This document shows, piece by piece, positions 54,077 to 63,105 of a stretch of 64,000 bases of DNA. The first letter of the stretch is position 1. Every line of letters begins with the position of its first letter. The notes below the pieces were generated by a model. The model searched no databases, had not been told where the DNA came from, and was given only the letters and a program-made list of their open reading frames with translations. This DNA is from Alphaproteobacteria bacterium UBA3635 (GTDB lineage Bacteria > Pseudomonadota > Alphaproteobacteria > Rs-D84), in contig DFKW01000012.1 in NCBI GenBank assembly GCA_002373935.1, forward strand, positions 4,814 to 68,813, read 5' to 3'. The position numbers and the translations under genes were made by a program.

Positions 54077-56482
54077 TTGAGAACGTTCATTAAAATTTTT
54101 TCGACTTTATTTTTATGCGCACCATTTGCGGTTGCGGCGGCACCTGTTTCACAACCCGCGGGCAGCAACCTGACCCAATACAACGGTTCAATGGGGTCCA
54201 TCGTTGGCAATCAATGGAACAACGCATTAAACCCGCGCAATAACGCCGCAACACCAAAGGCCACGGCCGATTTTGGAAATTGTAATTCATTGATTTTGCG
54301 TTGTGCATCGCCCAAATGTTCTGGTGGCGGTTGTGCAAATATGGATATTGCAAAACCGATTGTTGCGGGATGTGTAAATTCAAATGCAAATTGTAAAAAA
54401 CACGGTGACGATTTAATAAACGCAATCGCGGCACAATTGGTGTCTGATTCAATCGCGGCACAAAATGCGGCGGCGGCGAACGCGGCGGCGGCGCAATCTG
54501 CGGCGGAACAAAATAATACGGCGTTGCAACAACAATTACAATCGATGCAGCAACAAATGGCATCCATGCAACAACAAAACAGTGAACAAATAAATTCACT
54601 GCAACAACAGTTGGCGGAATCACAACGCGAAACACAAAACGCGGTTGCATCTGTTGCGGAAAGCGCATCGCGTGCGGCAACGGCACAAAACCCCGACACG
54701 GGTCTAACCCCGGTGCAAGAGGCGGCGGCAAAATCGGGCGTATCGGATGATGTGATTGCGCGTGCAACAATAACGGGACAAATTTTAACCAGTATGGAAG
54801 GCGTCGACAAAAGTTTGAACAATTTGAAAACAACAATGCGTGACGCGTTCCGCTATGCGAAATGTAACGAGGTCAACGGAAATAATTGCAGTGCCCCAAA
54901 GCGCGTTGCGAAATTCCGCGAATTGGCAAACAAATTTATGGAACCATACGACGCATTGGCGGACAACCTGGACGATGCATTATTCACCGCACAATCGGTC
55001 GGTGTTGACCTGGGCAATATTTATATGTTTTTCAGTGGCTCTTGCAACCGTTGGGCGGAATACGTCTGCCGTGGGAATTATAGCGGCGGTTTGCCAGTGT
55101 ATTCAACCGTATCACGAACCGTTGCATATGTTCCAACTCTTATGGAATCCGTACAAAATGCTAAGAATTTAAAAATAGAAGTACCAACATCCACTGGTTT
55201 GGGCACATCTAATGGCGGATTAAATAATTATCATTTTGATGTCAACAGCCCATTATTAAATGACGCCGGCAGTTTTATGCGTAAACTATCGTTTATATCA
55301 GAGGCAGTTGCAGATAATATAATTTATGCCAGTTGTGGTTCAGATGGAAAATCTATAAAAAGTGGTGTTGTTCGTGGTGGACATCCCTGTGCGGACGGCA
55401 TGGTTATTCCACCCGAAGATTTAGTTGCATGCACCGTAAACAGAATTTTAGATGCAAATGAACCCGCGATACAGGAAAAAATCCTGAATCCCGACCAAAC
55501 ATCCACGGGTTCGGTGCGTATCGGTTGTGCCAGTGACGGTATAAATTCCGGCCTGATAAAACGTCGCCGCAGCAGCAGTAAAAACAAATCCGGCATTGAC
55601 ATCGATTTGTTGGAAATTATGTTGAACCAGGATGAATCAAGTTCAAAATTTTCTAGTAAATTTCAAAAGTGTGATAGTGACACAACATCCGCATGTTATT
55701 GTGGTCTGGGCATGAAAAATGCCGATAGTAAAGACAAAGCAATCACCCAGTTAAAGACCGCAACCGTATCAAAAACTTTGGGCAAAAATGCATGCATTGA
55801 ATCATTTGGATCTGATTCAACAAATTCAAAAACTGTTGATTGCTATGATTTAGACCAAGATGTCTCTTATGTTGATCCGGTATTTGCACTGTGTGATACA
55901 CACGTATGGAACGCGGGACTGAAATCAAATGACGACATCAATGGTTCCGGCAAATCCGAAGATCGCGAAAAAATGAACGAAATAATCGCATTGAAAACAA
56001 CCGTGATTGCACAACAAATGTATAAACAATACGCAACACTGGAACAAATGATTAAACAATTAAAGGTCATGTTGGAAAAAGAAGTATTAAAGGCATCTGT
56101 CCAGGTTGCCGGCGGCACATCGTCCGACACCGACACAACAGACAAGGTAGAATTTTCATCTTGTTCCGCATTTGACGATGAAGAAGCATTAAGTTGCTTG
56201 CGCGACAATTACGCAAAATTACAACCGATTGTTGAAAAAGGCAGATTAAATAACAATTACAGAGACCAACTGAGCAAAGATTGCGCAGTATTAGAAGCAC
56301 TTAGTTTAGTCGGCAGTGATAACAAGAAATTTTCTTGTAAATCCAAGTGTTCAAATATCAACAGCAAACAAAACATGCAAAATTGCTTGGAACAAATTGC
56401 TGGTGGTATAAATGCGTTAAACAGACGCATAAAAGACGATAAAGCAAAAAACAACAGTATCAGATACCAATTGATTCAATAA
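54077..56482 (+). CDS. Large secreted Cys-rich / coiled-coil protein of unknown function (TTG start)
   Basis: 801 aa with signal peptide LFLCAPFAVAAA/P and RBS gagagag. It has an N-terminal Cys cluster, an Ala/Gln-rich coiled coil (QQQLQSMQQQMASMQQQ) and many further Cys residues. Confidence 0.6.
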   Translation: MRTFIKIFSTLFLCAPFAVAAAPVSQPAGSNLTQYNGSMGSIVGNQWNNALNPRNNAATPKATADFGNCNSLILRCASPKCSGGGCANMDIAKPIVAGCVNSNANCKKHGDDLINAIAAQLVSDSIAAQNAAAANAAAAQSAAEQNNTALQQQLQSMQQQMASMQQQNSEQINSLQQQLAESQRETQNAVASVAESASRAATAQNPDTGLTPVQEAAAKSGVSDDVIARATITGQILTSMEGVDKSLNNLKTTMRDAFRYAKCNEVNGNNCSAPKRVAKFRELANKFMEPYDALADNLDDALFTAQSVGVDLGNIYMFFSGSCNRWAEYVCRGNYSGGLPVYSTVSRTVAYVPTLMESVQNAKNLKIEVPTSTGLGTSNGGLNNYHFDVNSPLLNDAGSFMRKLSFISEAVADNIIYASCGSDGKSIKSGVVRGGHPCADGMVIPPEDLVACTVNRILDANEPAIQEKILNPDQTSTGSVRIGCASDGINSGLIKRRRSSSKNKSGIDIDLLEIMLNQDESSSKFSSKFQKCDSDTTSACYCGLGMKNADSKDKAITQLKTATVSKTLGKNACIESFGSDSTNSKTVDCYDLDQDVSYVDPVFALCDTHVWNAGLKSNDDINGSGKSEDREKMNEIIALKTTVIAQQMYKQYATLEQMIKQLKVMLEKEVLKASVQVAGGTSSDTDTTDKVEFSSCSAFDDEEALSCLRDNYAKLQPIVEKGRLNNNYRDQLSKDCAVLEALSLVGSDNKKFSCKSKCSNINSKQNMQNCLEQIAGGINALNRRIKDDKAKNNSIRYQLIQ

Positions 56483-56488
56483 AAAACT

Positions 56489-56514
56489 ATCTGGGTTTTC
56501 ACCCAGATTTTTTT
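56489..56514. terminator. Terminator between the 801-aa gene and convergent ruvC
   Basis: atctgggt tttc acccagat followed by ttttttt, preceded by an A-run. Confidence 0.65.
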
Positions 56515-56524
56515 AACCGCCACA

Positions 56525-57004
56525 TCATCGTATCATAACCGAACTCATATTCGCGTGGGTCATGGCGATTGCAATTGCATCACTTTCATCCGCCGTTTTT
56601 GGTTTTGCCGCCGGCAATAAAATTTTCAGCATTTTATAAATCTGTTCTTTGTCCGCGTGCCCTGCCCCGGTCAATGCCTTTTTAATAATATTTGGTTCGT
56701 ATTCAAATACGGGAATATCAAAATTTCCCACCGCCACAATCGACGCCGCACGCGCCTGGCCCAGGGCCAACGTCGTTTTTGGATTTTGATTCACAAAAAT
56801 AATCTCGATACTGCATACATCGGGTTTGAATTTTTCACACAAATCCGCAACCCCACGAAAAATCAGTTTTAACCGTTCCGGCGTCGCCAGTTTAACCGGT
56901 GGCAAAATCACGCCACTGGCGATATATGTCCGCGACGACCCGGCGACATCAATTATCGCCCAACCTGTATGCAATAAACCCGGATCAATTCCAATAATTC
57001 TCAT
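56525..57004 (-). CDS. ruvC: Holliday junction resolvase RuvC
   Basis: Start MRIIGIDPGL. Catalytic acidic residues appear in IDPG, ...SIEIIFV... and DESDAIAIA. Confidence 0.9.
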   Translation of the reverse strand: MRIIGIDPGLLHTGWAIIDVAGSSRTYIASGVILPPVKLATPERLKLIFRGVADLCEKFKPDVCSIEIIFVNQNPKTTLALGQARAASIVAVGNFDIPVFEYEPNIIKKALTGAGHADKEQIYKMLKILLPAAKPKTADESDAIAIAMTHANMSSVMIR

Positions 57005-57035
57005 GATTTGATTATAACATTTGTTCAATAAAAAA

Positions 57036-57066
57036 ATAATAAAAAAGTGGTCGGTCTATGACCGAC
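57036..57066 (-). terminator. Second terminator-like hairpin between yebC and ruvC
   Basis: On the minus strand, gtcggtc ata gaccgac is followed by cacttttttatt. Confidence 0.4.
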
Positions 57067-57071
57067 ACATT

Positions 57072-57103
57072 AACTGAACTTTGAACTCTGCACTCTGAAC
57101 ACT
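57072..57103. repeat. Heptad-repeat element, copy E4
   Basis: aa ctgaact ttgaact ctgcact ctgaaca ct. It shares the 15-mer gaactctgcactctg with E2. Confidence 0.6.
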
Positions 57104-57129
57104 AAAAAAAGCCCATCAGGGCTTTTTTT
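57104..57129 (-). terminator. Rho-independent terminator after yebC
   Basis: aagccc atca gggctt flanked by A7 and T7 runs. It overlaps the yebC stop codon. Confidence 0.65.
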
Positions 57130-57844
57130 AAAGTGCAGCCGTAAATACCTTCTGCACATCATCATTTGCATCCAGCGCATCCACCAATTTTTCTAATTTT
57201 GCATACGCCTCGTCATCTAAATCAACCGGCATATTCGGGACCCATGTCAATTCCGCACTTTCCGGTTCACCCAATTTATCAGACAAAAATTTCTGCACGG
57301 TGATAAAATCATCGGGTTTTGTTGTGATGATAAACCCTTCCTCTGACGATTCCATATTTTCGACCGCGGTTTCCATAATGATTTCCATCATTTCATCCTC
57401 GGTTTTACCAATGGACGCCGGATACATAATTTGACCCGCGTGCGTGAACATAAACACAACCGAGCCCTCTTCCCCCATATTACCACCATTTTTGGCAAAA
57501 ATATTACGGATTTCCGGCACAGTCCGACGCGGATTATCGGTCAATGCCTCGACAATAACGGGAACCGCGTTTGGACCATATCCCTCGTACCGGACGGCAA
57601 CAAAGTTTTCCGTATTTGCGCCCGATGCCTTGTCGATTGCGCGTTTGATATTATCGTTCGGCATAGAATTCTTGCGTGCCTGCAAAATTGCCAAACGCAA
57701 CCGTGGGTTGTTATCCGGGTTTTTATCACCCATTTTGGCCGCCATTGTTATTTCACGCGCCAACTTGGTAAACAGTCCGCTGCGTGCCGCATCAACCAAA
57801 CCTTTTTTGTGTTGGATGTTGTGCCATTTACTGTGTCCACTCAT
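57128..57844 (-). CDS. yebC: YebC/PmpR-family DNA-binding regulator
   Basis: MSGHSKWHNIQHKKG...ARKNSMPNDNIKRAIDKA. Confidence 0.92.
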   Translation of the reverse strand: MSGHSKWHNIQHKKGLVDAARSGLFTKLAREITMAAKMGDKNPDNNPRLRLAILQARKNSMPNDNIKRAIDKASGANTENFVAVRYEGYGPNAVPVIVEALTDNPRRTVPEIRNIFAKNGGNMGEEGSVVFMFTHAGQIMYPASIGKTEDEMMEIIMETAVENMESSEEGFIITTKPDDFITVQKFLSDKLGEPESAELTWVPNMPVDLDDEAYAKLEKLVDALDANDDVQKVFTAAL

Positions 57845-57894
57845 ATTTGACCTTTTGATTTAATTGTTATAAAATACTTTCAAAAGGATAACAA

Positions 57895-58467
57895 ATGATT
57901 GGCAAATTGCAAGGAATTGTTGATTATATCGGTGATGGTTTTGTAATTTTAATGGCGGGTCCGGTTGGGTATAAAGTTTACACCCCAAACTACCTTAGTC
58001 CAAAATCTACGGTGGCACTTTGGATTGAAACCATCGTCCGCGAGGATTCAATCCGTCTGTTTGGTTTTTTATCATTAAACGAACAAAACCTGTTTAACAA
58101 CCTGACATCTGTATCGGGCGTCGGGCCCAAGGTTGCACTGGGCATAATGTCATCAATTAAAACAGACAACCTGATGTCGGCGATTGCCACAGGCGACGCA
58201 AAAACAATCGCAACCGCCCCCGGGGTTGGTAAAAAGGTTGCCGAAAAAATCATTGTTGAATTAAAAAATAAAATGGGTGGTGGCGACCTGTTCACGCCCG
58301 ACATTGGTGATTCACGCCTGCCCGACTTGTTGTCCGCATTGGAAAGTTTGGGCTATCGCCGTATGGACATTATTGATATGGCGCAAAAATTGGTGACAAA
58401 AAATCCGGACTCCGACATAACAAAACTGGTACCGATGGCATTAAAAGAAATATCTGGTGGAAAATAA
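57895..58467 (+). CDS. ruvA: Holliday junction branch-migration protein RuvA
   Basis: MIGKLQGIV..., two HhH motifs (LTSVSGVGPKVALGIM, IATAPGVGKKVAEKI) and a short domain III. Confidence 0.9.
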   Translation: MIGKLQGIVDYIGDGFVILMAGPVGYKVYTPNYLSPKSTVALWIETIVREDSIRLFGFLSLNEQNLFNNLTSVSGVGPKVALGIMSSIKTDNLMSAIATGDAKTIATAPGVGKKVAEKIIVELKNKMGGGDLFTPDIGDSRLPDLLSALESLGYRRMDIIDMAQKLVTKNPDSDITKLVPMALKEISGGK

Positions 58468-58470
58468 AAA

Positions 58471-59766
58471 ATGAACAACGATACGATATTTGCACTTTCC
58501 AGTGGTTTTGGAAAATCTGGTGTTGCGGTCATCCGCATATCTGGCGATAATTTACAAGAATTTTTCAGCACAATATCCGGTCGCAAAAATCCCGGCGCAC
58601 GCACCGCATATTTTTGTAATCTGCGCGATGATGCGGGCGATTTAATTGACCAATGCATTGTAATTTATTTTGCCGCACCCGCGTCATTCACCGGGCAAGA
58701 CATTATTGAAATACACAGCCACGGCGCCACGGCGGTAATAAATAAAATATTTGATTTTTTATCCCGGCACAATATGCGCATGGCCACACCCGGCGAATTT
58801 TCCCGTCGCGCATTTATGAACGGCAAAATGGATTTGGCGGACATCGACGGACTGGCGGCATTATTGGATGCACAAACCGAGCGCCAACGCCAATTTGCAT
58901 TAAAATCTATGCTGGGTGGTGACGGTAAAATTTATGCCGCGTGGCGCGAACAAATGATTGAAATCGCCGCATACGCCGCCGCAATTTTGGACTATGATGA
59001 AAATGATTTACCAAGCAATATCGATAAAAAAATCCTGGCCCAGACACGCGAATTACATAATGAAATCAAAACAACACTTTCGCATTACAACATATCACGC
59101 GCAATCACACACGGATTTAATATCGCGTTATGCGGCGAAACAAATGTCGGCAAATCATCATTGTTTAATAAATTGGTTGGCACAAATCGCGCCATCGTAT
59201 CAGATATTGCCGGCACAACCCGGGATGTGATATCTGCACAAATCGATTTAGATGGTTTTTTGGTAAACTTATCTGATACCGCCGGCATACGCGACACGGG
59301 CGACAAAATTGAAAAAATGGGAATCGATAAAACAAAATCGGAAATCAATTCCGCAGATTTGATTTTGCATGTATTCGCAGATGACAATGTCGCAACACCA
59401 ACGGACAAAGAAATTGTCGTCATAAATAAATCTGACAAAATCAAAACACGCAATAATAAAAATGCAATTTATACATCAACAAAAACAGGCGATGGAATTG
59501 ATGAACTATTAAACACAATCCGCAAAAAAATGCACAGTATATTGGACGGCGCCGAAAACAATTTAGTTATAAACGCACGCACACATAAATTATTGTCGGA
59601 CACAGAACACGAATTAAATTCAGCCCTGACAACATTTGACGGCAATTATGATATATTCGCCGAACATGTGCGCCGCGCCGCCGACAACATTGGAAAAATA
59701 TTGGGCACTATCACGGCAACGGACGTCATGGACGCAACATTTTCACAACTGTGTTTGGGGAAATGA
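58471..59766 (+). CDS. mnmE: tRNA modification GTPase MnmE
   Basis: DTIFALSSG..., G-domain (GETNVGKSSL, DTAGIR, NKSD) and the C-terminal CLGK motif. Confidence 0.92.
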   Translation: MNNDTIFALSSGFGKSGVAVIRISGDNLQEFFSTISGRKNPGARTAYFCNLRDDAGDLIDQCIVIYFAAPASFTGQDIIEIHSHGATAVINKIFDFLSRHNMRMATPGEFSRRAFMNGKMDLADIDGLAALLDAQTERQRQFALKSMLGGDGKIYAAWREQMIEIAAYAAAILDYDENDLPSNIDKKILAQTRELHNEIKTTLSHYNISRAITHGFNIALCGETNVGKSSLFNKLVGTNRAIVSDIAGTTRDVISAQIDLDGFLVNLSDTAGIRDTGDKIEKMGIDKTKSEINSADLILHVFADDNVATPTDKEIVVINKSDKIKTRNNKNAIYTSTKTGDGIDELLNTIRKKMHSILDGAENNLVINARTHKLLSDTEHELNSALTTFDGNYDIFAEHVRRAADNIGKILGTITATDVMDATFSQLCLGK

Positions 59767-59814
59767 CGATTTTCGTTATTGCGCGTTGAAAACGCACAAT
59801 TAAGAAAATCGATC

Positions 59815-59878
59815 ATCGCGCCGTAGCATTGTTCGTTATCTTGAACCCAACACCCCGTCCTTACCGGCGAAGGCGGAT
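59815..59878. repeat. Short intergenic repeat core, copy 2
   Basis: atcgcgccgtagcattgttc ... taccggcgaaggcggat. Same ends as 41097-41158. Confidence 0.6.
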
Positions 59879-59903
59879 AAAAAACCGCCGTTTCGGCGGT
59901 TTT
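59877..59903. terminator. Bidirectional terminator between mnmE and the first acyl-CoA ligase gene
   Basis: accgccg ttt cggcggt flanked by A- and T-runs. Confidence 0.6.
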
Positions 59904-59912
59904 AATAACAAA

Positions 59913-61487
59913 TTACACTTCTGTATACTTACTGTCTATCAAATTTTGTTTAACGACATGATGTTTAATTTTCTGCGTACTGGTCATCGGCAAATCGTCC
60001 GTCGTCATCGCAAAATGGGTCACCCATTTATATTTGGCAACGCGTTTATTTGCATCCGCCACGGCGCGTGATAATTTTTCCGCCGTCATATTTTCATCAA
60101 CCTGGAACACACCATAGGCAACGGTTTTACCACCGACAACATGTTCGAAAACCGCAACATTTTTAACACCGGGGATGTCTAAAAACAATGCCTCTAATTC
60201 ATCCGGATAGACATTTTTACCACTGTCCAAAACGATGACTTGTTTTTTACGTCCGGCAAAATGCAATTCGCCGTTTTTGTCCTGGTACACCAAATCCCCG
60301 GTTTTGAAAAATCCGCGTTCATCAAAAGATTCTGCATTGGCGGCATCATTATTCAAATACCCACCAAAAACTTGGTGTCCACGCACCCACAGCATGCCAA
60401 TTCCATTTTCATCTTTGTCACGAATTTCACACTCGTTCGTCCCCAGTGGCGCGCCAAACGCATACGGGATACGCTTTTTCACCGGGCGCGACCCACAAAA
60501 TGGTCCAACCGTTTCGGTCATGCCATAGCCCTGGATAAACGCGATACCCAAACTGTTATAGAAATTTTCAACCTCGGGCTTGGTGGCGGCACCGCCGGCA
60601 ATCATCAACTGCACGCGTCCACCAAATACTTGCTTGATTTGGTTTTGCACTTTGTCCACCAATATTCCCAAACCGATTTTGCGTAACCATTTTTGATTTT
60701 TCAAAACGAAAGATACAATCCACCATTTTTTCTGGGATTTGATTTCTTCGATAATTTTCTTGCGGAACAATTCCCACATTTTTGGAACCGACGGAATAAC
60801 ATGCGGGCGAAATTCTTTGAAATCTGCCAATATCAATTTTGGATTGATTGACGGTTGCAACAAAATTCCCATTTGGAAATGTAATGGAGCCAAAAAACCG
60901 GCGGCAAAACCAAATATGTGATACAACGGCAAAAACCCATACAGCACCCCACCCGGCTGGAACCAATCATTAAAATCATCAAAAGAATTTGCACACTCAA
61001 TCAAATTAAAATGTGTCAGTGGCACAATTTTCGGTGTCCCCGTTGACCCAGATGTGAACGACAAAGTCGCAATATCATTTGCATTTAACGGGTATGGTTG
61101 CAAATCCGCATCCACATCATCATCCACCGTTTGAATATCAAAAAATTTGAATCCCTTGGCGTCATAGAAAAAAGATTTTTCCGCCGCAACCAATTTACAT
61201 TGCGTCAACGCCGTCATATTGTCATATTCCGTCGTGGTTAAATTTGTATCCAACAACAACACACGCGCACCACGATACCATGCGGCAAACATTGTTATAA
61301 TAAATTCCGGAATATTATGCGCCAACACGCCCAGTGTATCACCAAATTCAACACCGATTTTTTTCAGTGTTGTTGCACGCGCCCGCACCAGTTTTGGAAA
61401 ATCTTCGAATTTAATTTTTTCACGCACCAGGAAAAGTGTCTGGGGACACTTTTCCATTGTTTGTTCAAAAAATTGATACATATTCAT
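59913..61487 (-). CDS. AMP-dependent synthetase/ligase (long-chain acyl-CoA-synthetase-like), paralogue 1
   Basis: 524 aa with FTSGSTGTPK, GYGMTE, TGD...GRKKQVIVLDSGKNVYPDELE. Confidence 0.8.
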   Translation of the reverse strand: MNMYQFFEQTMEKCPQTLFLVREKIKFEDFPKLVRARATTLKKIGVEFGDTLGVLAHNIPEFIITMFAAWYRGARVLLLDTNLTTTEYDNMTALTQCKLVAAEKSFFYDAKGFKFFDIQTVDDDVDADLQPYPLNANDIATLSFTSGSTGTPKIVPLTHFNLIECANSFDDFNDWFQPGGVLYGFLPLYHIFGFAAGFLAPLHFQMGILLQPSINPKLILADFKEFRPHVIPSVPKMWELFRKKIIEEIKSQKKWWIVSFVLKNQKWLRKIGLGILVDKVQNQIKQVFGGRVQLMIAGGAATKPEVENFYNSLGIAFIQGYGMTETVGPFCGSRPVKKRIPYAFGAPLGTNECEIRDKDENGIGMLWVRGHQVFGGYLNNDAANAESFDERGFFKTGDLVYQDKNGELHFAGRKKQVIVLDSGKNVYPDELEALFLDIPGVKNVAVFEHVVGGKTVAYGVFQVDENMTAEKLSRAVADANKRVAKYKWVTHFAMTTDDLPMTSTQKIKHHVVKQNLIDSKYTEV

Positions 61488-61489
61488 AA

Positions 61490-63067
61490 TTACGCACCCT
61501 TTTCTTGATATTTTCCATCAATCAGGTATTGACGCACAACATGATGTTTAACCTTTTGCGTTGATGTCACCGGCAAATCGTCCGTTGTCATTGCAAAATG
61601 GGTCACCCATTTATAGGACGCAACTTTTTTGTTCTTTTCGGCAATACCCGCGGCCAGACGTTCCATCGTCATATCTTCGTCAACGCTGAACACGCCATAC
61701 GCGACGGTTTTACCTTTGACCTCGTGCTCGAACACGGCAACATTACGGACACCCGGAATTTCGATAAACAGACCTTCTAACTCATCCGGATAAACATTTT
61801 TACCACTATCCAAAACAATCACTTGTTTTTTACGGCCGGCAAAATGGAATTCGCCATTTTTATCCATCGACACCAAATCACCGGTACAGAAAAATCCGCG
61901 TTTATCAAAGCACTCTTTGTTCGCGGCATCATTGTTCAAATATCCGCCGAACACTTGGTCACCTTTGACCCACAGCATTCCAATACCGTTTTCATCCGGA
62001 TTACGAATTTCACAACAATTTGACCCCAGTGGCGCACCAAACGCATACGGCACGCGTTTTTTCACCGGCTTCGAACAACAGATTGGTCCAACCGTTTCGG
62101 TCATACCATAACCTTGGACAAACGCCATTCCCAAATTGTTATAGAAATTTTCAACCTCGGGTTTCGTGGCGGCACCACCGGCAACCAAACAACGCACGCG
62201 TCCACCAAATACGGCACGAATTTGATTCAACACTTTATCAACCAATTTGCCCAAACCAATTGCGCGCAAAGTTTTTTGATGACGCATAACGAACGACACC
62301 AAACCCCATTTCTTTTTTGCCTTGATATTATCGATAATTTTCTTGCGGAAAATTTCGAACAATTTTGGCACCGCCGGAATAACATGCGGTTTGTATGTTG
62401 CGAAATCTTGCATAATTGCATTTGGATTGATTGTCGATTGCAACAGAACACTCATCCCGAAATGCAGTGGCGCCAAAAATCCAACGGCAAAACCAAACAC
62501 ATGGTACAACGGCAAAAATCCATACATCACCTCGCCATGACGCAAGAATATATTTAATGTTTCCAAATTTTCCGAACAAGAAACCAAATTTTTATGTGTC
62601 AGTGGCACAATTTTTGGTGTCCCCGTTGACCCGGATGTGAACGACAATGTTGCAATATCATCTTCTTTTAATTTATGTTGTTTAACCTTGGCATCGGGGT
62701 TATCCACCGATTCAATATCGAAAAATTTGAACTTTTTCGCTTTATAGAAAAAAGATTTTTCCGCAACAACCAATTTGCAATTTGTGCGTTCGGTCATATT
62801 GTCATATTCTTCTGGTGTTAAATTTGTATCTAACAACAAAACCGTCCCACCCAAATACCAAATTGCAAACAAAGTGTACATAAATTGTGGCAAATTATGC
62901 GACAACAATCCAACCACATCACCGGGTTTAACACCCGCCGCCGCCAATGCCGCCGCACGCGGTTCGATGTATTTTGGCAAATCTTCATAATTTACCTGTT
63001 CGCGCACCAAGAACGGCAATTTACCATTTTTCTTGATGTTTTCATTTAACAAATCATACATAGTCAT
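61490..63067 (-). CDS. AMP-dependent synthetase/ligase, paralogue 2
   Basis: 525 aa, colinear with paralogue 1 along its full length and carrying the same motifs. Confidence 0.8.
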   Translation of the reverse strand: MTMYDLLNENIKKNGKLPFLVREQVNYEDLPKYIEPRAAALAAAGVKPGDVVGLLSHNLPQFMYTLFAIWYLGGTVLLLDTNLTPEEYDNMTERTNCKLVVAEKSFFYKAKKFKFFDIESVDNPDAKVKQHKLKEDDIATLSFTSGSTGTPKIVPLTHKNLVSCSENLETLNIFLRHGEVMYGFLPLYHVFGFAVGFLAPLHFGMSVLLQSTINPNAIMQDFATYKPHVIPAVPKLFEIFRKKIIDNIKAKKKWGLVSFVMRHQKTLRAIGLGKLVDKVLNQIRAVFGGRVRCLVAGGAATKPEVENFYNNLGMAFVQGYGMTETVGPICCSKPVKKRVPYAFGAPLGSNCCEIRNPDENGIGMLWVKGDQVFGGYLNNDAANKECFDKRGFFCTGDLVSMDKNGEFHFAGRKKQVIVLDSGKNVYPDELEGLFIEIPGVRNVAVFEHEVKGKTVAYGVFSVDEDMTMERLAAGIAEKNKKVASYKWVTHFAMTTDDLPVTSTQKVKHHVVRQYLIDGKYQEKGA

Positions 63068-63105
63068 TTTTTTGTCCCTTTATATAAAAACAATTTATAA
63101 ATAAA

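Noticed and set aside
54090-54836. Two minus-strand ORFs (248 aa and 203 aa) at the start of the 801-aa gene
   Set aside because: They are antisense to the Ala/Gln-rich coiled-coil region, and their low-complexity sequence is an artefact of it. The plus-strand ORF has a signal peptide, an RBS and a terminator.
56525-58467. ruvA not followed by ruvB, and ruvC divergent from ruvA
   Set aside because: This is a gene-order curiosity only. ruvB is probably elsewhere, and nothing in the sequence suggests loss of function.
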